A stretch of 36,429 bases of DNA from Batkoa obscura (Eukaryota): assembly GCA_030770535.1 (NCBI GenBank), contig JASVEC010000175.1:1-36429 (forward strand), given 5' to 3'. The position numbers and the translations under genes are program-made. The notes beneath the pieces are model-generated. The model saw nothing but the letters and a program-made list of their open reading frames with translations, was not told the DNA's origin and made no database searches. Positions within the stretch are counted from its first letter, which is position 1, and the number at the start of each line of letters is the position of its first letter. Of this stretch, positions 21,304 to 34,689 are shown in pieces.

Positions 21304-22685
21304 ATAACTTAATTTGTATTAATGAGGTTCTTTGTATGAAAGATAAGTATATACTAATCTTGAGGTTCAATTCTATTTATCAAAGTAACAGTATGTAAAT
21401 CTAAATGCTCTTTAATATTAGGTGATAATATGTTTAAATAAAAATTTCAAAAAGCAGTATTTTCTAATCCATAAACAAAACAAAAAAATGAATATTATGA
21501 AAAGATGATCAATATAGCATTTAGTTTTGACTACACTACTAGTATTAATTAGTTTATCGTCAAATAAATGAATTTGATGAAATCGAGAATAAAATAGATT
21601 CCGTTAAATTGAACCAAATAGACTAAAATGAAACTTAAATTTAACTGAAATTAATTTAAAAGATTTCTAATAGAAATGGCAGCTATTGGTTAAAATACAT
21701 TAAATGAAACAAATACATTTTTATTACAGCTTATTTACAAAGCACCAATTTACAAAACTTATTTGATTGGTAGATATAAATAGACAAAAAATGATTTATT
21801 AATTTCCTTGTTTGAATTGTAACATTTGCGTAATAATTTAAACTCGTTTATTATAAGTATAATATTAAATATTAGAAATATTAGTTACAGCTTTATTTAA
21901 TATTTCAATGAATAAAATTAAATAATTTATAGATAAAATGGAAAGAGATACTCAAAGTCAGAGCTATTTGCATTTAAATTTGATTTATCCTAACATATCT
22001 TTGTAGGAATGAATAAAGTGTCAAAAATTAAAAGTTCAAAGTATCCTTTTTATTTACATGACAAAGTCACTATAATAATAAGTGTGAAATTTAAAGTTAA
22101 TATTCATGTCATAGTATATATTTTATCAAGCATCCTATAAACTGATAAGTAATGGGATCATTGCATTTTTATATCTAACAAATAAAAAAAGATGTTAGGT
22201 CTGAGATAGAAAATTATCTACAATGTTATATTTGAATAGAAAATCAATAAAGATATTGAATATCAACTTAATATTCTAGTTTGATTCTTTTCAAGATTTT
22301 GTTGAAAAAGGTAGTTTAAGATATATTGATTGTAATTTTATATTTAACATAATGTTGTAGTTAAAACTATAAAAATTAGGAAGATTACTCAGATCAATAT
22401 ATTTTAGATACAGCAACTAATTTTAAAGCAAATTCATATCACTACTTATTTCGCCTTTAAATTACCTACTTAATAAAAAAAGTTCAAATAAAAAGAGGAA
22501 TACTATGCTATACCAAAAATACTTTTTACTTTTAGAATTCTTACTATCTATATAACAAAGTTTCTAATGACTGTTTGTAATTTAAATAAAATTTAATATT
22601 TTATTTTATATATGTGGTAAAATCTATTATAAAAATGATGATTGAATCTATTTTTAAAGTTATATTTCATTCATGGTTAATAAGT

Positions 22686-23003
22686 TTAATTGCTCGTGGC
22701 TGAAACGTTTTGATCCTTTTCTAGTTCTCTTTGTAGTTTCTGCTGATATTCTAAATCCAACTGATTCTGTCTTTTTATTTTGGCCTTTTCATCATCTCTT
22801 CTTGGGCCTTCACGCATTATCTAAAATACATACGTAAGTATTTGTTCTTATAAAATTGAATATAGAGTAGTTTCTGAAATTATAATAATCATATAATCTT
22901 TACTTACAAATCTTTCTTCTATCTGCATATAATGAACACCTACGACAGTAATTACTGCAAACGTTATTGAAGCGGCAAATGTTAGCTTTGCTTTTGATGA
23001 CAT
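22686..23003 (-). CDS. PET117: Cytochrome c oxidase assembly factor Pet117, 76 aa, 2 exons
   Basis: Exons 23003-22908 and 22820-22686: MSSKAKLTFAASITFAVITVVGVHYMQIEERFIMREGPRRDDEK...NQLDLEYQQKL; missing from the ORF track. Confidence 0.9.
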
Positions 23004-23417
23004 TAAGGTAAACTATGTTAAATATTATGAGATATTATCAATTATTTTACATTTTTTGAAAATATTCTTCAAATAACATATGGTCAATGATTGGCCTATT
23101 TGCCATGAACCCCAAAATTAAACTGAAATTTTCGAAACTCATGGCTAAGAGAAAAATTGAAACACATGAACCAATAAAGAGTAACGTACGATTTTCAAAA
23201 GTATATAATCATTATTTTATAGACAAGAGACTTTATACAACTTTCATCCAAACTTCAAAAAAGTATTACCTTTTTGAAGTTTTATTAAAGCCAACACGTT
23301 CGCTAACTTACTATCTTCTTTACATAACCCGTTTCGAGGCCATAAAAGAGTCGGTACCAAACCTAAAACAAATAAGTAGAATTCCAACTCTTCCTTGAAG
23401 CAACTTATATTTTAAAA

Positions 23418-25050
23418 ATGTCACCAGCAAATTTAATTTACAATAATGTTCCAGAAACTACTGAACCCCTTAAGGTTAAAGTAGATTCTGAGAATACTGT
23501 CTATACTGACGAGCACATAATTTCCAACTATGTTTATCGTAACTCAAAAGCTATCCGTGATGTCAATGGTAACTTTAAAGTCACCCCAATTAACAAAGCT
23601 TATACTTTTAAAACTGAAATTCAAGTTCCAAAAGTTGGGTAAGTATTATTATTAATTATGGTTTTATATTTATATTTATACTCAATTTAGTTTGATGATG
23701 GTAGGTTGGGGTGGTAACAATGGTTCTACTCTTACTGCTTCTATCATTGCTAATCGTAAGGATATGAAATGGATGACTAAAGAAGGAGAAAAATCTAGTA
23801 ATTATTTCGGTTCTTTAGTTATGGCATCTACCCTTAAAATTGGTATTGATGAAGAAGGTAAAGATGTATTTATTCCATTTAATGATTTACTTCCAATGGT
23901 CCACCCAAATGATTTAGTTTTGGGTGGATGGGATATTTCAGATTTTAATCTCGCTCAAGCTATGGAAAGAGCTCAAGTATTAGATTATGATTTACAATCC
24001 AAATTAAAAGAAGAACTTTCAAGTCTCAAACCATTACCATCCATTTATTATCCTGATTTTATTGCTGCTAATCAAGGAGAACGTGCTAATAATGTACTTC
24101 CAGGTAATAATAAATGGGAACATTTGGAAAAGATTCGTTCGGATATTCGTAATTTCAAACAAGATAATGGACTTGATAAAGTTATTGTTATTTGGACTGC
24201 TAATACTGAACGTTTTGCCAGTATCATCCCAGGTGTCAATGATAGCGCTGATAATCTTTTACAAGCTGTTAAAAATAGTCATGAAGAAATTTCTCCATCC
24301 ACTATCTTTGCTCTTGCTTCCATTATGGAAAATACTCCATTCATTAATGGTTCTCCACAAAATACGTTTGTACCAGGCTGTGTTGAATTTGCTGAAAAGA
24401 ACCGTGTTCATATTGGTGGTGATGATTTTAAGAGTGGACAAACTAAAGTTAAATCTGTATTAGTTGACTTTTTAGTTAATGCAGGTATTAAACCTACTTC
24501 TATTACTAGTTATAATCATTTAGGTAACAATGATGGTATGAATCTCTCTGCTCCACAACAATTTCGTTCCAAAGAAATCTCAAAAAGTAATGTAGTCGAT
24601 GATATGGTAGCTGCCAATAGAATTCTTTATAAGAAAAATGAACATCCAGATCATGTAGTAGTTATTAAGTATGTACCTAATGTAGGTGATTCTAAACGTG
24701 CTTTAGATGAATATGTTAGTGAAATTTTTATGGGTGGTAAGAACACTATTTCTTTATATAATACTTGTGAAGATTCTTTACTTGCTTCTCCACTTATTAT
24801 TGATCTTGTTGTGATTACTGAACTTATGACTCGTATCCAATTTAAGACTGATGAAATCACTGAATTTGCTCCTTTCCACTCAGTTCTTTCTATCTTATCT
24901 TATATGCTTAAGGCTCCTATGGTTCCTCCTGGTACCGCTGTCGTTAATGCTCTCTCTAAACAACGTAATGCAATGGAAAACATTCTTCGTGCTTGTATTG
25001 GATTAGAACCACAGAATGATATGCTTTTAGAATCCAAAGCTTTCCACTAA
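23418..25050 (+). CDS. INO1: Myo-inositol-1-phosphate synthase
   Basis: Intron 23639-23690; motifs [43 protein letters not shown]. Confidence 0.98.
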
Positions 25051-25570
25051 ACTTAACTGATACTATGAAAACTATTTTTCATTTTACCTTTAATTATTTT
25101 ACTATCATTCAACTTTGTTTCTAAAAAAATCTAACAGATAATTCAACTAAAAAGCTTTTAGTTGCTTACATTATTAACACATTTAAAAGAATTGATATTA
25201 TTATGTAAGTATTGATTAATTCATACATATCAAGAATAACTTTTAAAACCTTATATCTTTAATATTATTCAAAAAAAGCTATTTAGATAGGTCAAACTAA
25301 TGATGTTTAAGTTTATCTTTGAACTATTTAAGTCAGTTCTATTAAATAGTAGTATTTTGGACTCATTTGATATAATTAGAGTAAGTTTTATTGGGCAAAT
25401 CAAAGAAAATAAGTACATTACTTATCTAATAATTATATACTTGTCTTATATTTATCTAATTTACGCCTAATATCATATATGATTAACAATGTCTAACTTT
25501 TCAAAATTCTAAAATATAAATTCTAAAATAAATTAGAATAGATTTAATGTGAATCAATTGGCATTGAGAA

Positions 25571-26092
25571 TTAAGAACGCGAGAAACGAATGAAAAGATT
25601 GATTTCTCCAGAATAATCGCCATTGTTAATAAGTGGATACCAACATTCAATCATACCAAATTGTTTAATACTAGTTAATGGAACATTTACCATACCTATT
25701 AAGTCATTAAAACTTATTTTATCATAGTCCATTACTTCTATATGAAGAAAGGCTTTATCATCTGGAACTGGGCTATATAGAGTCATTATTATAGTAAGTT
25801 AAATTTTATGAGTAAATTACAAAGTAAATGTTTGATCCCAAAATGCTTTTGAGCCTGCATTTTTTATTACATTAGTTTTTTCTTTTTTCTTAGCTACTTC
25901 AAGATTAACATAAGCATCATTCTTTCCTTTATTACAGTTAACTTATTAGAATAAGACAAATAAATGAAATTTACCAAACAACCCGTCTTTATTTTTTAGC
26001 TTACGTGCTTCAACTAATAATTAAAGTTATAATCTTCTCTATATATTGGACAATAACGGCTTACCTACAGTTACTGTTAATGTGCCTTGCAT
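25571..26092 (-). CDS. Single C2-domain protein, 4 exons
   Basis: MQGTLTVTV|VEARKLKNKDGLF|GKNDAYV...WDQTFT|...VMDYDKISFNDLIG...WYPL...GEINL. Confidence 0.88.
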
Positions 26093-26283
26093 TTTAACTT
26101 TAATTTTTTCAAAATCTTACCAACTTAAATACTATTATGTCATCAGAACTCATATTTAGCAAGGTTTGCGCGGTGGAATAATTAAATCATAGTGTGATTG
26201 GCTGAATCAATAACTCAAAGCCAAACTAGCACTATATAGTGATGTAAAATTTATCAATATTTTTTTTAAAATTTTAAAAAATA

Positions 26284-27144
26284 ATGGGAGTAGGAGAATT
26301 AAGTATATTAGTAGGTAAAGTACACAGTAAAATTATATCAATATATTATTAAACGATTGTTAGTTGAAGCAAGAGAACTAAAAAACAAGGATGGATTTTT
26401 CGGTAAATCAAAGTTGAAATTTGAGTAATTAAACTAAACTTTATAAATAGGAAAAAATGATGCCTATTGCGATATTCATGTTGGTGGTAGAAAAGAAAAA
26501 ACTTCTGTAATAAAAAATGCTGGAAAAAAGGCTACATGGAATCAAACCTTTAATTAGTAAGATTTGCTCCTAACTTAATAATATAAATAGCTTATTGTAT
26601 AAAAAGTACAATAGACGATAATGTATCCGAAATTAAAGTTGAGTGTCTAGATTATGATAAAATTTCTACCAATGACCTTATAGGCAAGGTAAAAATCCCA
26701 CTAAGAGCAGTCAGACAATTCGGAAGGATAGAGGGTTGGTACCCATTAACCGATAAAGCTAAATTTAGTGGTGAAGTTCATTTGATCATCCAATTCCGAG
26801 GACCAAATCAGACTAAACCACAAGGAAGTCAGGCATCATATACTAATCACCCTCAGCAAGCCTATCCTCCTCAACAAAATTATGCTCCACCACAACAAAA
26901 TCAGCCTCCACAGCAAGGTGGTTATCCTCCACAGCAAGGTTACCCTCCACAGCAGGGTGGTTACCCTCCACAACAAGGTTATCCTCCACAGCAAGGTGGT
27001 TATCCCCCACAACAAGGTTATCCTCCACAACAAGGTTATCCACCACAACAAGGTTATCCTCCACAACAAGGTTATCCTCCACAGCAGGGCTATCCACCAC
27101 AACAAGGAGGTTATCCACCACAGGGTGGTTACCCTCCACAATAA
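26284..27144 (+). CDS. C2-domain protein with a C-terminal (G)GYPPQQ repeat tail, 4 exons
   Basis: [30 protein letters not shown]...WNQTFN|...[13 protein letters not shown]...WYPL, then more than ten GYPPQ(Q) units. Confidence 0.88.
26917..27141 (+). repeat. Coding 18/21-nt tandem repeat encoding (G)GYPPQQ
   Basis: Repeated ggttatcctccacaacaa units with synonymous variation. Confidence 0.9.
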
Positions 27145-27872
27145 GGTTATCAACCAAAAAATAGTTTTCTAACTTTATTGACAATTTCGAAAGCAACTAA
27201 ATTTTAATATAACATATATATATATATAGTCATTATATATTAAAGAGGATTTTGATACTGATTTAGTTTTATTTAATCAAATATAACATTTTATTATGTA
27301 TACAATTTTTTCTAATATATGTGCTTATAGTGGATTGATATAATAGTTGGATAATTTATTTTATGCGATTTTAATCAAAATAGTAATTATCAATGTTTAA
27401 AAAACATAGTATAAAATGTACTTTAAAAATGTAAATACTAATCCTATTATATTTTAATATCCATAATTTAATAAATATGACTTTTTTGAGCCACTATTAT
27501 TGTTTGATAATGATTTTATAGTTTGTGATTAGTTTTTTTGTTTATAAATATTAATAATTTTAAATGGTATTGAAGTTTAATCATATTAAGGTATTAAAAA
27601 GCGTAATTCATTAGAACAATAATAAGATATACATTTTTAAATAAATACTGTTAATTTTTAGACATCTATATTTTTGCTCAAATATCTTAGTATTTCATTA
27701 TGAATTGTTATAATTTTATCAACAATTATTATAAAAGTTCAGATCCTAACTTTTGTTAATTAATATTGAACTATTTTTATTCACTAGTTATAACAGTATA
27801 CAAACTAATATTGAGTTATTTTATAATAATAAAAGCCAATATTATTTTTTTCAAAAATAAATTTATCCATAT

Positions 27873-28071
27873 GGAGATGATTTTTGTATTTAAGAATTTT
27901 ACTAACAATTTTTCCACTTAAATAGTGCTCAAAAGATGGAAAAAGTAATGAAGTCAAAAAAACATCTCCATATGGGGATGTATTTTTGTGTCTAAGAATT
28001 TTACTAACAAATTTTCCGCTTAAATAGCGCTTAAAAAATGGAAAAATAATGAAGTAAAAAAAAACACTCCC
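27873..28071 (+). mobile_element. Tandem direct MITE dimer (27873-27969 and 27974-28071)
   Basis: Arrangement ATAT-copy-ATAT-copy-ATAT. Confidence 0.88.
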
Positions 28072-28564
28072 ATATACTGTCTTTAAATAGCTATTATACC
28101 TAGTTCGACATGTTGTCTTTATATATGATTTATCATGTTCTTATTCATGAGTTCCTATGTATATGGAGCTTTTTAAAATCCTAATATTTCTTGCTGTATT
28201 TTAAGTGACCTAATTCTTGTACAAGTTATAAATATTATTTATCTATAAACAATACATTGGTTTTATACTACAAATTTTCTCTTTTATTACGTAAATAAAT
28301 TTATTCAAATAATGATAGTAATAGCTTAAATAAACACACTATTTTATAATATACAATTAATCAATAATATTGAAAAATATTTTTATAAGCCCTGATAAAC
28401 AAATAAAATAATTTTATTTAATTTAATAATATTATATTATATGACTTTACAAACTTCAATTTTTAATGATATAATCATTTTTAAAGTAAAATTTATTTCG
28501 CAAAAAAAGTATAAATTTCAAATTTACTGCAAAAAAATCTTTTACTTTTTAAAAGTTAATAAAA

Positions 28565-31500
28565 ATGAGTTATCAAGGTACTAATAATAAGAAATAAGAA
28601 ATAAGAAATAAGTTTAATTGAAATTAAAAAGAAAGAGGACATCGTAGAAACAATCGTTATAACGGAAACAGAAATAATGGTATTTGATTTCTATTTTTTT
28701 CTGATCCTTTGATTTACTTTTTAATAGATAATAAAAGGGGTAGATACGATAATGATCGTTCAAAAGTAAAAGAGGAGCCAATTTTAACTGAAGAACAAAG
28801 TCTTAAAGCAAGATTGTCTATGTTGATTCTTAAAATTGGAGACAAAGTAAGTTATAGAATAGAATAGAATGCTAATTTATTAAAATTATTCCTATTATTA
28901 GGCAAGTTCAACTTTTCAAAAGAATTTAGAAATTCTTTCCAAGGTTTTAGTCAAAGATTATGAAAGTTATTCAGATGCAATACTTAACTTTTTACAAACT
29001 TGGTACGTGTTTTTTTATTCAAGTATTCGATTATTAATTATTATTAGTATACTTGAACTTCCTTCAAAAACTAGTATTTATGGTTGTTTAATTGGATTTA
29101 CTTTAAAACGTAATGAAGAAGTTGGCAAAGCAATTATTGAGCATTTTAGAAATGAACTTCAAAATAGATTGAATATTGGAGATTGGGTTAATGTTAAAAT
29201 CTTGGTACTTAATTTTATTTATGAAATTATGTAATATTAATAATATTTAAGTTACGTTTTTTTGGTGAATTAGTAAACGGAGAAGCTGTTACTCCTGATT
29301 CTTTTTTAAATATTTATGATTTACTCAGTGCTAAAATTGAAAATAAAATAGAAAAAGTAAGAATAATAGTAAATAGATATAAATTAGTATTAATATAATT
29401 TTATAGAATATTGGTGATTGTATGGTTAATTTAATTTTAGGTTCATTACCTTGGGTATTTATTTATAAAAATAGTTGAATTATAAAATAACATAATTTTT
29501 AGGTTGGAGAAACACTTTACAATACTAAACCTGAAGAATTAACAAAAATTATGGATAAAGTTGAAATTTATATGCTTACTAGATCTCAACAAGAGGATCC
29601 AAGTAGTAATATTTTAAAAGTATTTCAAGATAGTAATCCAGACCAACATGAAGTAATAATATATATAAAATCAAGTTTATAATTAATAAGAAATAGTTTT
29701 TAGAACTTTTATGGAAACAAATTAATAATCTTAAACAACGTAATTGGAAAGTAATAATCATTTAATATTTAATATTTAATAGTAAATATAATAATTATTA
29801 ATATTTAATTCAATTAGGTTGAGGAATTACTTCGATTTAAATCAACTGTCGAATCTCAAGTTCTACCTGTAATTTATAATTATAATAATCATTACTGTTT
29901 AATGTTAATATTAATTTATATATATAGATTACTATTGCTGAATTATCACTTCCAACTGAGTTCAATAAGTTCAGTTATGATTATCCTAATTATGTATTTA
30001 CTTTATTCCCAGAACACGAAGATTGGGTAATAATACTATAATATAAGTTAATATCATTTATTAACAATTTAACTTTTAGATTTCTGAAATAGGTTATTAT
30101 ATTATTACGGATACTATGAGTGACTCTATTGATATCTTTCATACTAACCGTAGAGAATGTGTTCGTTTATTAGTTAATTTTAGAGAAAATTTTACAAGCA
30201 CTACTTTTGCACCTTTAACAAGTGATAAAACTAAAATTAAAGATGAACTTAAAGATGAAGATAATGGAGATGATCAAGATAATAGATTTAATGGTCAAAT
30301 TAATTTAATGAATTTGATAATTGAAGTAAATTATGATATTATTTATATTTTATTATTATCAATATTTTATATTATTTTTAGGTTTACTTTAAAAAAATAT
30401 TTACTTTACCTGCGCCAAAACATAAATTTATTTATTATTCAGCATTAATAATTGAAACATTTAAAGCAGAGCAAGTTGATTTTAAAGCAGCATTTAATAT
30501 TGGATTAAAGAATTTGATTGATAAAGCTAATGATATGGATATTGAATGTATTGATCGATTTTATAATTGGTTTTCACATTATTTAAGTAACTTTGAGTAT
30601 AATTTTGAATGGGAAGAATTGTAATATTTTTAATTTAATATATAATATATAATATTAATTTATAATTTATTTAGCTCAAACATTAATGAATTAAATCCTT
30701 TTGATTATAAAAGAATGTTAATTTCTGAATCTTTAGCTAAGATTATCAGGTATTTATTTATATTATAGCTTTTGCTTTATAATTTAGTTTTTTTAATTAG
30801 ACTTTCTTATTATGATCGTATTAAAGCAACTTTACCTGAATCCTTACATGAACTTATTCCACAAAAGGCGCCTGAACCTAATTTTAGTTTTAGAAAAGTT
30901 CCAGATGGTAATTATAATCTAATGAATTAAGTAGATAAATATAATATTTATAGATGCTCCACATAAAAGATTTTGTACATTAATTGTAGAAGCTTTTAGA
31001 ACTAAAAAATCAATTGATTTCTTTAATGCTTTAATTAATGATGCTAGAGATCAATTACTTGATGAAACTTTAATTAAACAAATTGTTGTTGAAACCATTC
31101 TTATTATGGGAAGTAAAAGTTTTACCCATATGATGAATGTAACTGAAAGGTAATTTAATTTAGTTTAATTTAATTTGAAATGATTGATTAAAAAAAAATT
31201 ATTTTCATAGAAATCTTAAATTATATCAAGAGATTGCAAGAGAAGAATCTGATAAACAACAAACTGTATCAATTGTTGGTAACTTTTGGAAAGAAAACCC
31301 ACAAGTAATTATACCATTATTTAAATAGAATTTAATAGTTAATTTATTTATTTATTTAGTGGCTTTCTATTCAATTAAATCGACTCTTATCTTATCATAT
31401 TATTGAACATATTACTGTCATTAAGTGGATCTTTGAAATTGAAAATTATGATAATTATAATAGGTAATTTATAAATTAATTTAATATATATATATATATA

Positions 31501-32137
31501 TAATTTTATAATAGATGTTATTTATGGGAAATATTATATACTACTCTCAATACAGTTCGACTTTGGAGAGATCAACAAAAAGAAAAATATGATCAAAGTA
31601 TAAATAATACTTCGAATGATGGTAATAAATTTAAATCACAATTTATAACTTATAATAATATTAATAATAGATAATGAATCATCTGAAACATTATTGGCTC
31701 AATATAATAATGCTCAAAATGATTATAAAATGGTTTTATTTGAAATTTTACAAGTAATTAATATTAATATTAATATTATATTAATATAATTAACAAATAA
31801 ATTAGAGTTTTGTTACTGTTTTAACTAATCTTAGAAGTAAATTATCTGGAGATGGACAAGTACCTGAAGAAAATGAACTTTATAATTTAATTGTTGGAAG
31901 ATTTAAAGAATTTGGACGTAAAGTAAGGTTTTTAAAATCAATTATTTAATAAGAAATAATGAAATTAATTAATAACTATTTTTATAGTGTCGTTCTGACA
32001 TTAAAGAATTTAATGTAACTATTGAAACAATTATATTTACACCCTCCGTTGATCAAGAAATTCGAGATATATTTAAAATGTTTCAAGGTTTAAATAACTC
32101 TATTTTTATTGATGTTATTTCAAGTAGTATTGAATAA
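28565..32137 (+). CDS. NCBP1: Nuclear cap-binding protein subunit 1 (CBP80/Sto1), about 22 exons
   Basis: Spliced motifs ELPSKTSIYG, LRFFGELV, WFSHYLSNF, RLSYYDRIKATLP, GSKSFTH, FWKENPQ; about 21 short GT-AG introns counted by eye. Confidence 0.9.
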
Positions 32138-32178
32138 GTAATTACTATTTTTGTAATAAAAATAAAATATAAAATATA

Positions 32179-32269
32179 ATGTATTCTTTTCAAGAATTTT
32201 ACTAATAATTGTTCTATTTAAATAGTATTTAAAAAATAGAAAAAGTGATGAAATTAAAAAAACACCCTC
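32179..32269 (+). mobile_element. 5'-truncated MITE copy just downstream of the NCBP1 stop
   Basis: aagaattttactaataatt...aaaaaatagaaaaagtgatgaaattaaaaaaacaccctc. Confidence 0.75.
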
Positions 32270-32390
32270 ATGTTATTATTATTTTTAATTAAAAATTAAA
32301 AAATTAAAAATAGAATTATATATATATATATATATGTTATAAAATAGAATAAAATCAAGTTTAATAAAAGGAAGTAATAAAGAAATGGGA

Positions 32391-33130
32391 TCAAGATAGA
32401 TAAGGAAGATGAAGCAAACTTTTTGTTTTTTGATTATTATTACTTAAATAAAAATTGGTTTGTTTTTCACTTAAAAGGTATTCCGATTCATCAATATGTT
32501 TCATGAATAAACTTGATTTCATTTTATTTATTAAATTTACTTTTCTTTCACCAAAGGTAAATGAATTAGATTTATTTCTTGATAAATTAAAATGAAATTT
32601 TAATAAAATATTACCACAACCTTTAAACCCAGTTTCAGTAGATAACTCATACAATTGTTCAAATTGAGTCATTAATTGAATTAAAGAAATTGGTATACTT
32701 TCAGTACTTCCAATTAATTTATCACATGCTAATAATTTATATTCATATACTTTAAATTTCATAATTGTATCAAGTGTATAAATGGGACTAATAAAAATAT
32801 TAAAACTAGATTAATTTATAAAATATTAAAAGTTACATTTGAAATTTAGTATCCCAATTTAATATCATGGCTTGATTTTTTTTAATTTTACTTTTCAATT
32901 TTTGATTTTCAATATCTAATACTGTATAAACATAACCTTGACCTTAATATAAATTAAGTTACTTTGATTTAAAATCAATAATAAAATTTACCAAATAAAC
33001 TGGACTCAGTTAATAAATCTTTAGTATAAACTAAAATATTAATATTATTAATATGTTTTGCTATTTTATTACAAGTTAATATACCTATAGATACAGAAAT
33101 AGAACCTATTATTTTATTATTATTAAGCAT
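32391..33130 (-). CDS. Divergent C2-domain protein, 4 exons
   Basis: IGSISVSI|VYTKDLLTESSLF|GQGYVY...WDTKFQ|...FKVYEYKLLACDKLIG...GNILL; intron positions and phases match the C2 pair. Confidence 0.7.
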
Positions 33131-33536
33131 CTTATATTAACAAAAATAAAAAATATTAAAAAAAATTCATTCATTCTTAAATACTCAATTTTATACTTTT
33201 TATTATTAGTATTAAAGTACAATGACTATTAAAGTATATTAATTCCAACAATATATAAATAAAAAAATAAAAGGGAGGGAGATTGTTTAAATTTTACTAA
33301 ATGAAGTAATTCAGTTTATTAAAAATAGTAATTAATTTTCAATTTCAATAAATAAAATAGAATATAAAATGTAAAACGCTAACAATGAAATGAACCTGCA
33401 TAAAATAAACAAGTATAATAATAAAAATCTAATTAAATTTAATATAAATAAAGTAGTTTGATTCCAAATGTACATTTATTTTAAAAAAAAATAAAATTTT
33501 ATCCAAAATATTATTATGTTAATAAAATTATCATTA

Positions 33537-34506
33537 TTATTCTTCTTCTTCTTTACTATTTTCCTCTAATTTTTTATCTTTAATATAATTTTTCACATGA
33601 CGATGACAATATTTAACTTTCTCTTTTACTAAAGGCTCATTATAATAATTTTGAATTAAATTATAAAAAAACTGATAATAAAATAATAAATTATCTACAT
33701 TCCCTTGGATCTTATATTTCTTAATTAATTCAAAATAAATTAAATAAATAGCTTCAATTGTAGCTAAATAACTACTATCATATTGTTGATAACGCCAAAA
33801 TATAGTAGAATAATTATTATCTAACTTAATTGCTTTCATTTTTGTTAAACTAGGACTAGATTTAATGATTTTTTTTGCTTGAGTCCATGTACCTTCTATT
33901 ACAACTATTCGTTTATATGGTATTTCCATTTCATTATCTTCCATTTTTAAATCTTTAATTGAAGTAGCTGTCTATTTAAAATATTAATTATTAATTAAAA
34001 TTTAAATAATATCAAAAATAAATAAATAATCAGTTACCGCACTTGGAAATAATAATAAACATTCTTCTGGATTATCAAATTGATTTTCATCTACTGGAAA
34101 ATTAATCACTTCAGTATCTTCAGTTGCTAATATTTTAGCATGAATACCAGTAGATTTACTATTTAATTCTTTTGGATGTTTGATACTAAAAGAATAAACT
34201 TAATAATTTTATTATTATTAAAATAAATTAAAAATTAAAAATTATTAAAAAGATTTATACAAAAAAAAAAACTTACATAGTAAGTGGTAATGGTAATCTT
34301 AATTTGGGTACTAAATGTTGATATTCTCCAATATTTTTATAACATTGATAACAATAATATTTAACAGATAAATTACATGTACTACATTTAGTTCGTGTTT
34401 CATTAGATTGAGTTGTATCATGAGCATTATAATAAGGGGCTAAAAAATCACTATTGGTTATATTTTTAGCTATATCTAATACAGTTTGATTTTTATTAAG
34501 ATTCAT
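33537..34506 (-). CDS. DTWD1: DTW-domain tRNA-uridine aminocarboxypropyltransferase (DTWD1-like), 3 exons
   Basis: RTKCSTC...YYCYQC, IKHPKE...KSTGIHAK, LLFPS, IEGTW, TIFWRYQ, LATIEAIY, DNLLFYY. Confidence 0.88.
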
Positions 34507-34689
34507 TTTAATAATATTTATATATTCTATTCTATTTATTCTATATATTTAACTTGTATAAAATTAAAATTCTATTAAAATTAAAAATTAAAAATTAAAA
34601 AATAATACAAAATTCCATTTTTATTAAAACTACCAATTAAATTTATTCATTAGTTGATAAAAAGATTAAATTATTGGTTTCTTTAACTG

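Noticed and set aside
23087..23398. 103-aa ORF upstream of INO1
   Set aside because: Spans the promoter and 5' UTR, with no recognisable protein features.
26836..27196. Repetitive antisense and alternate-frame ORFs, and a CRISPR-like look
   Set aside because: Shadows of the coding GYPPQQ repeat; no unique spacers and no cas genes.
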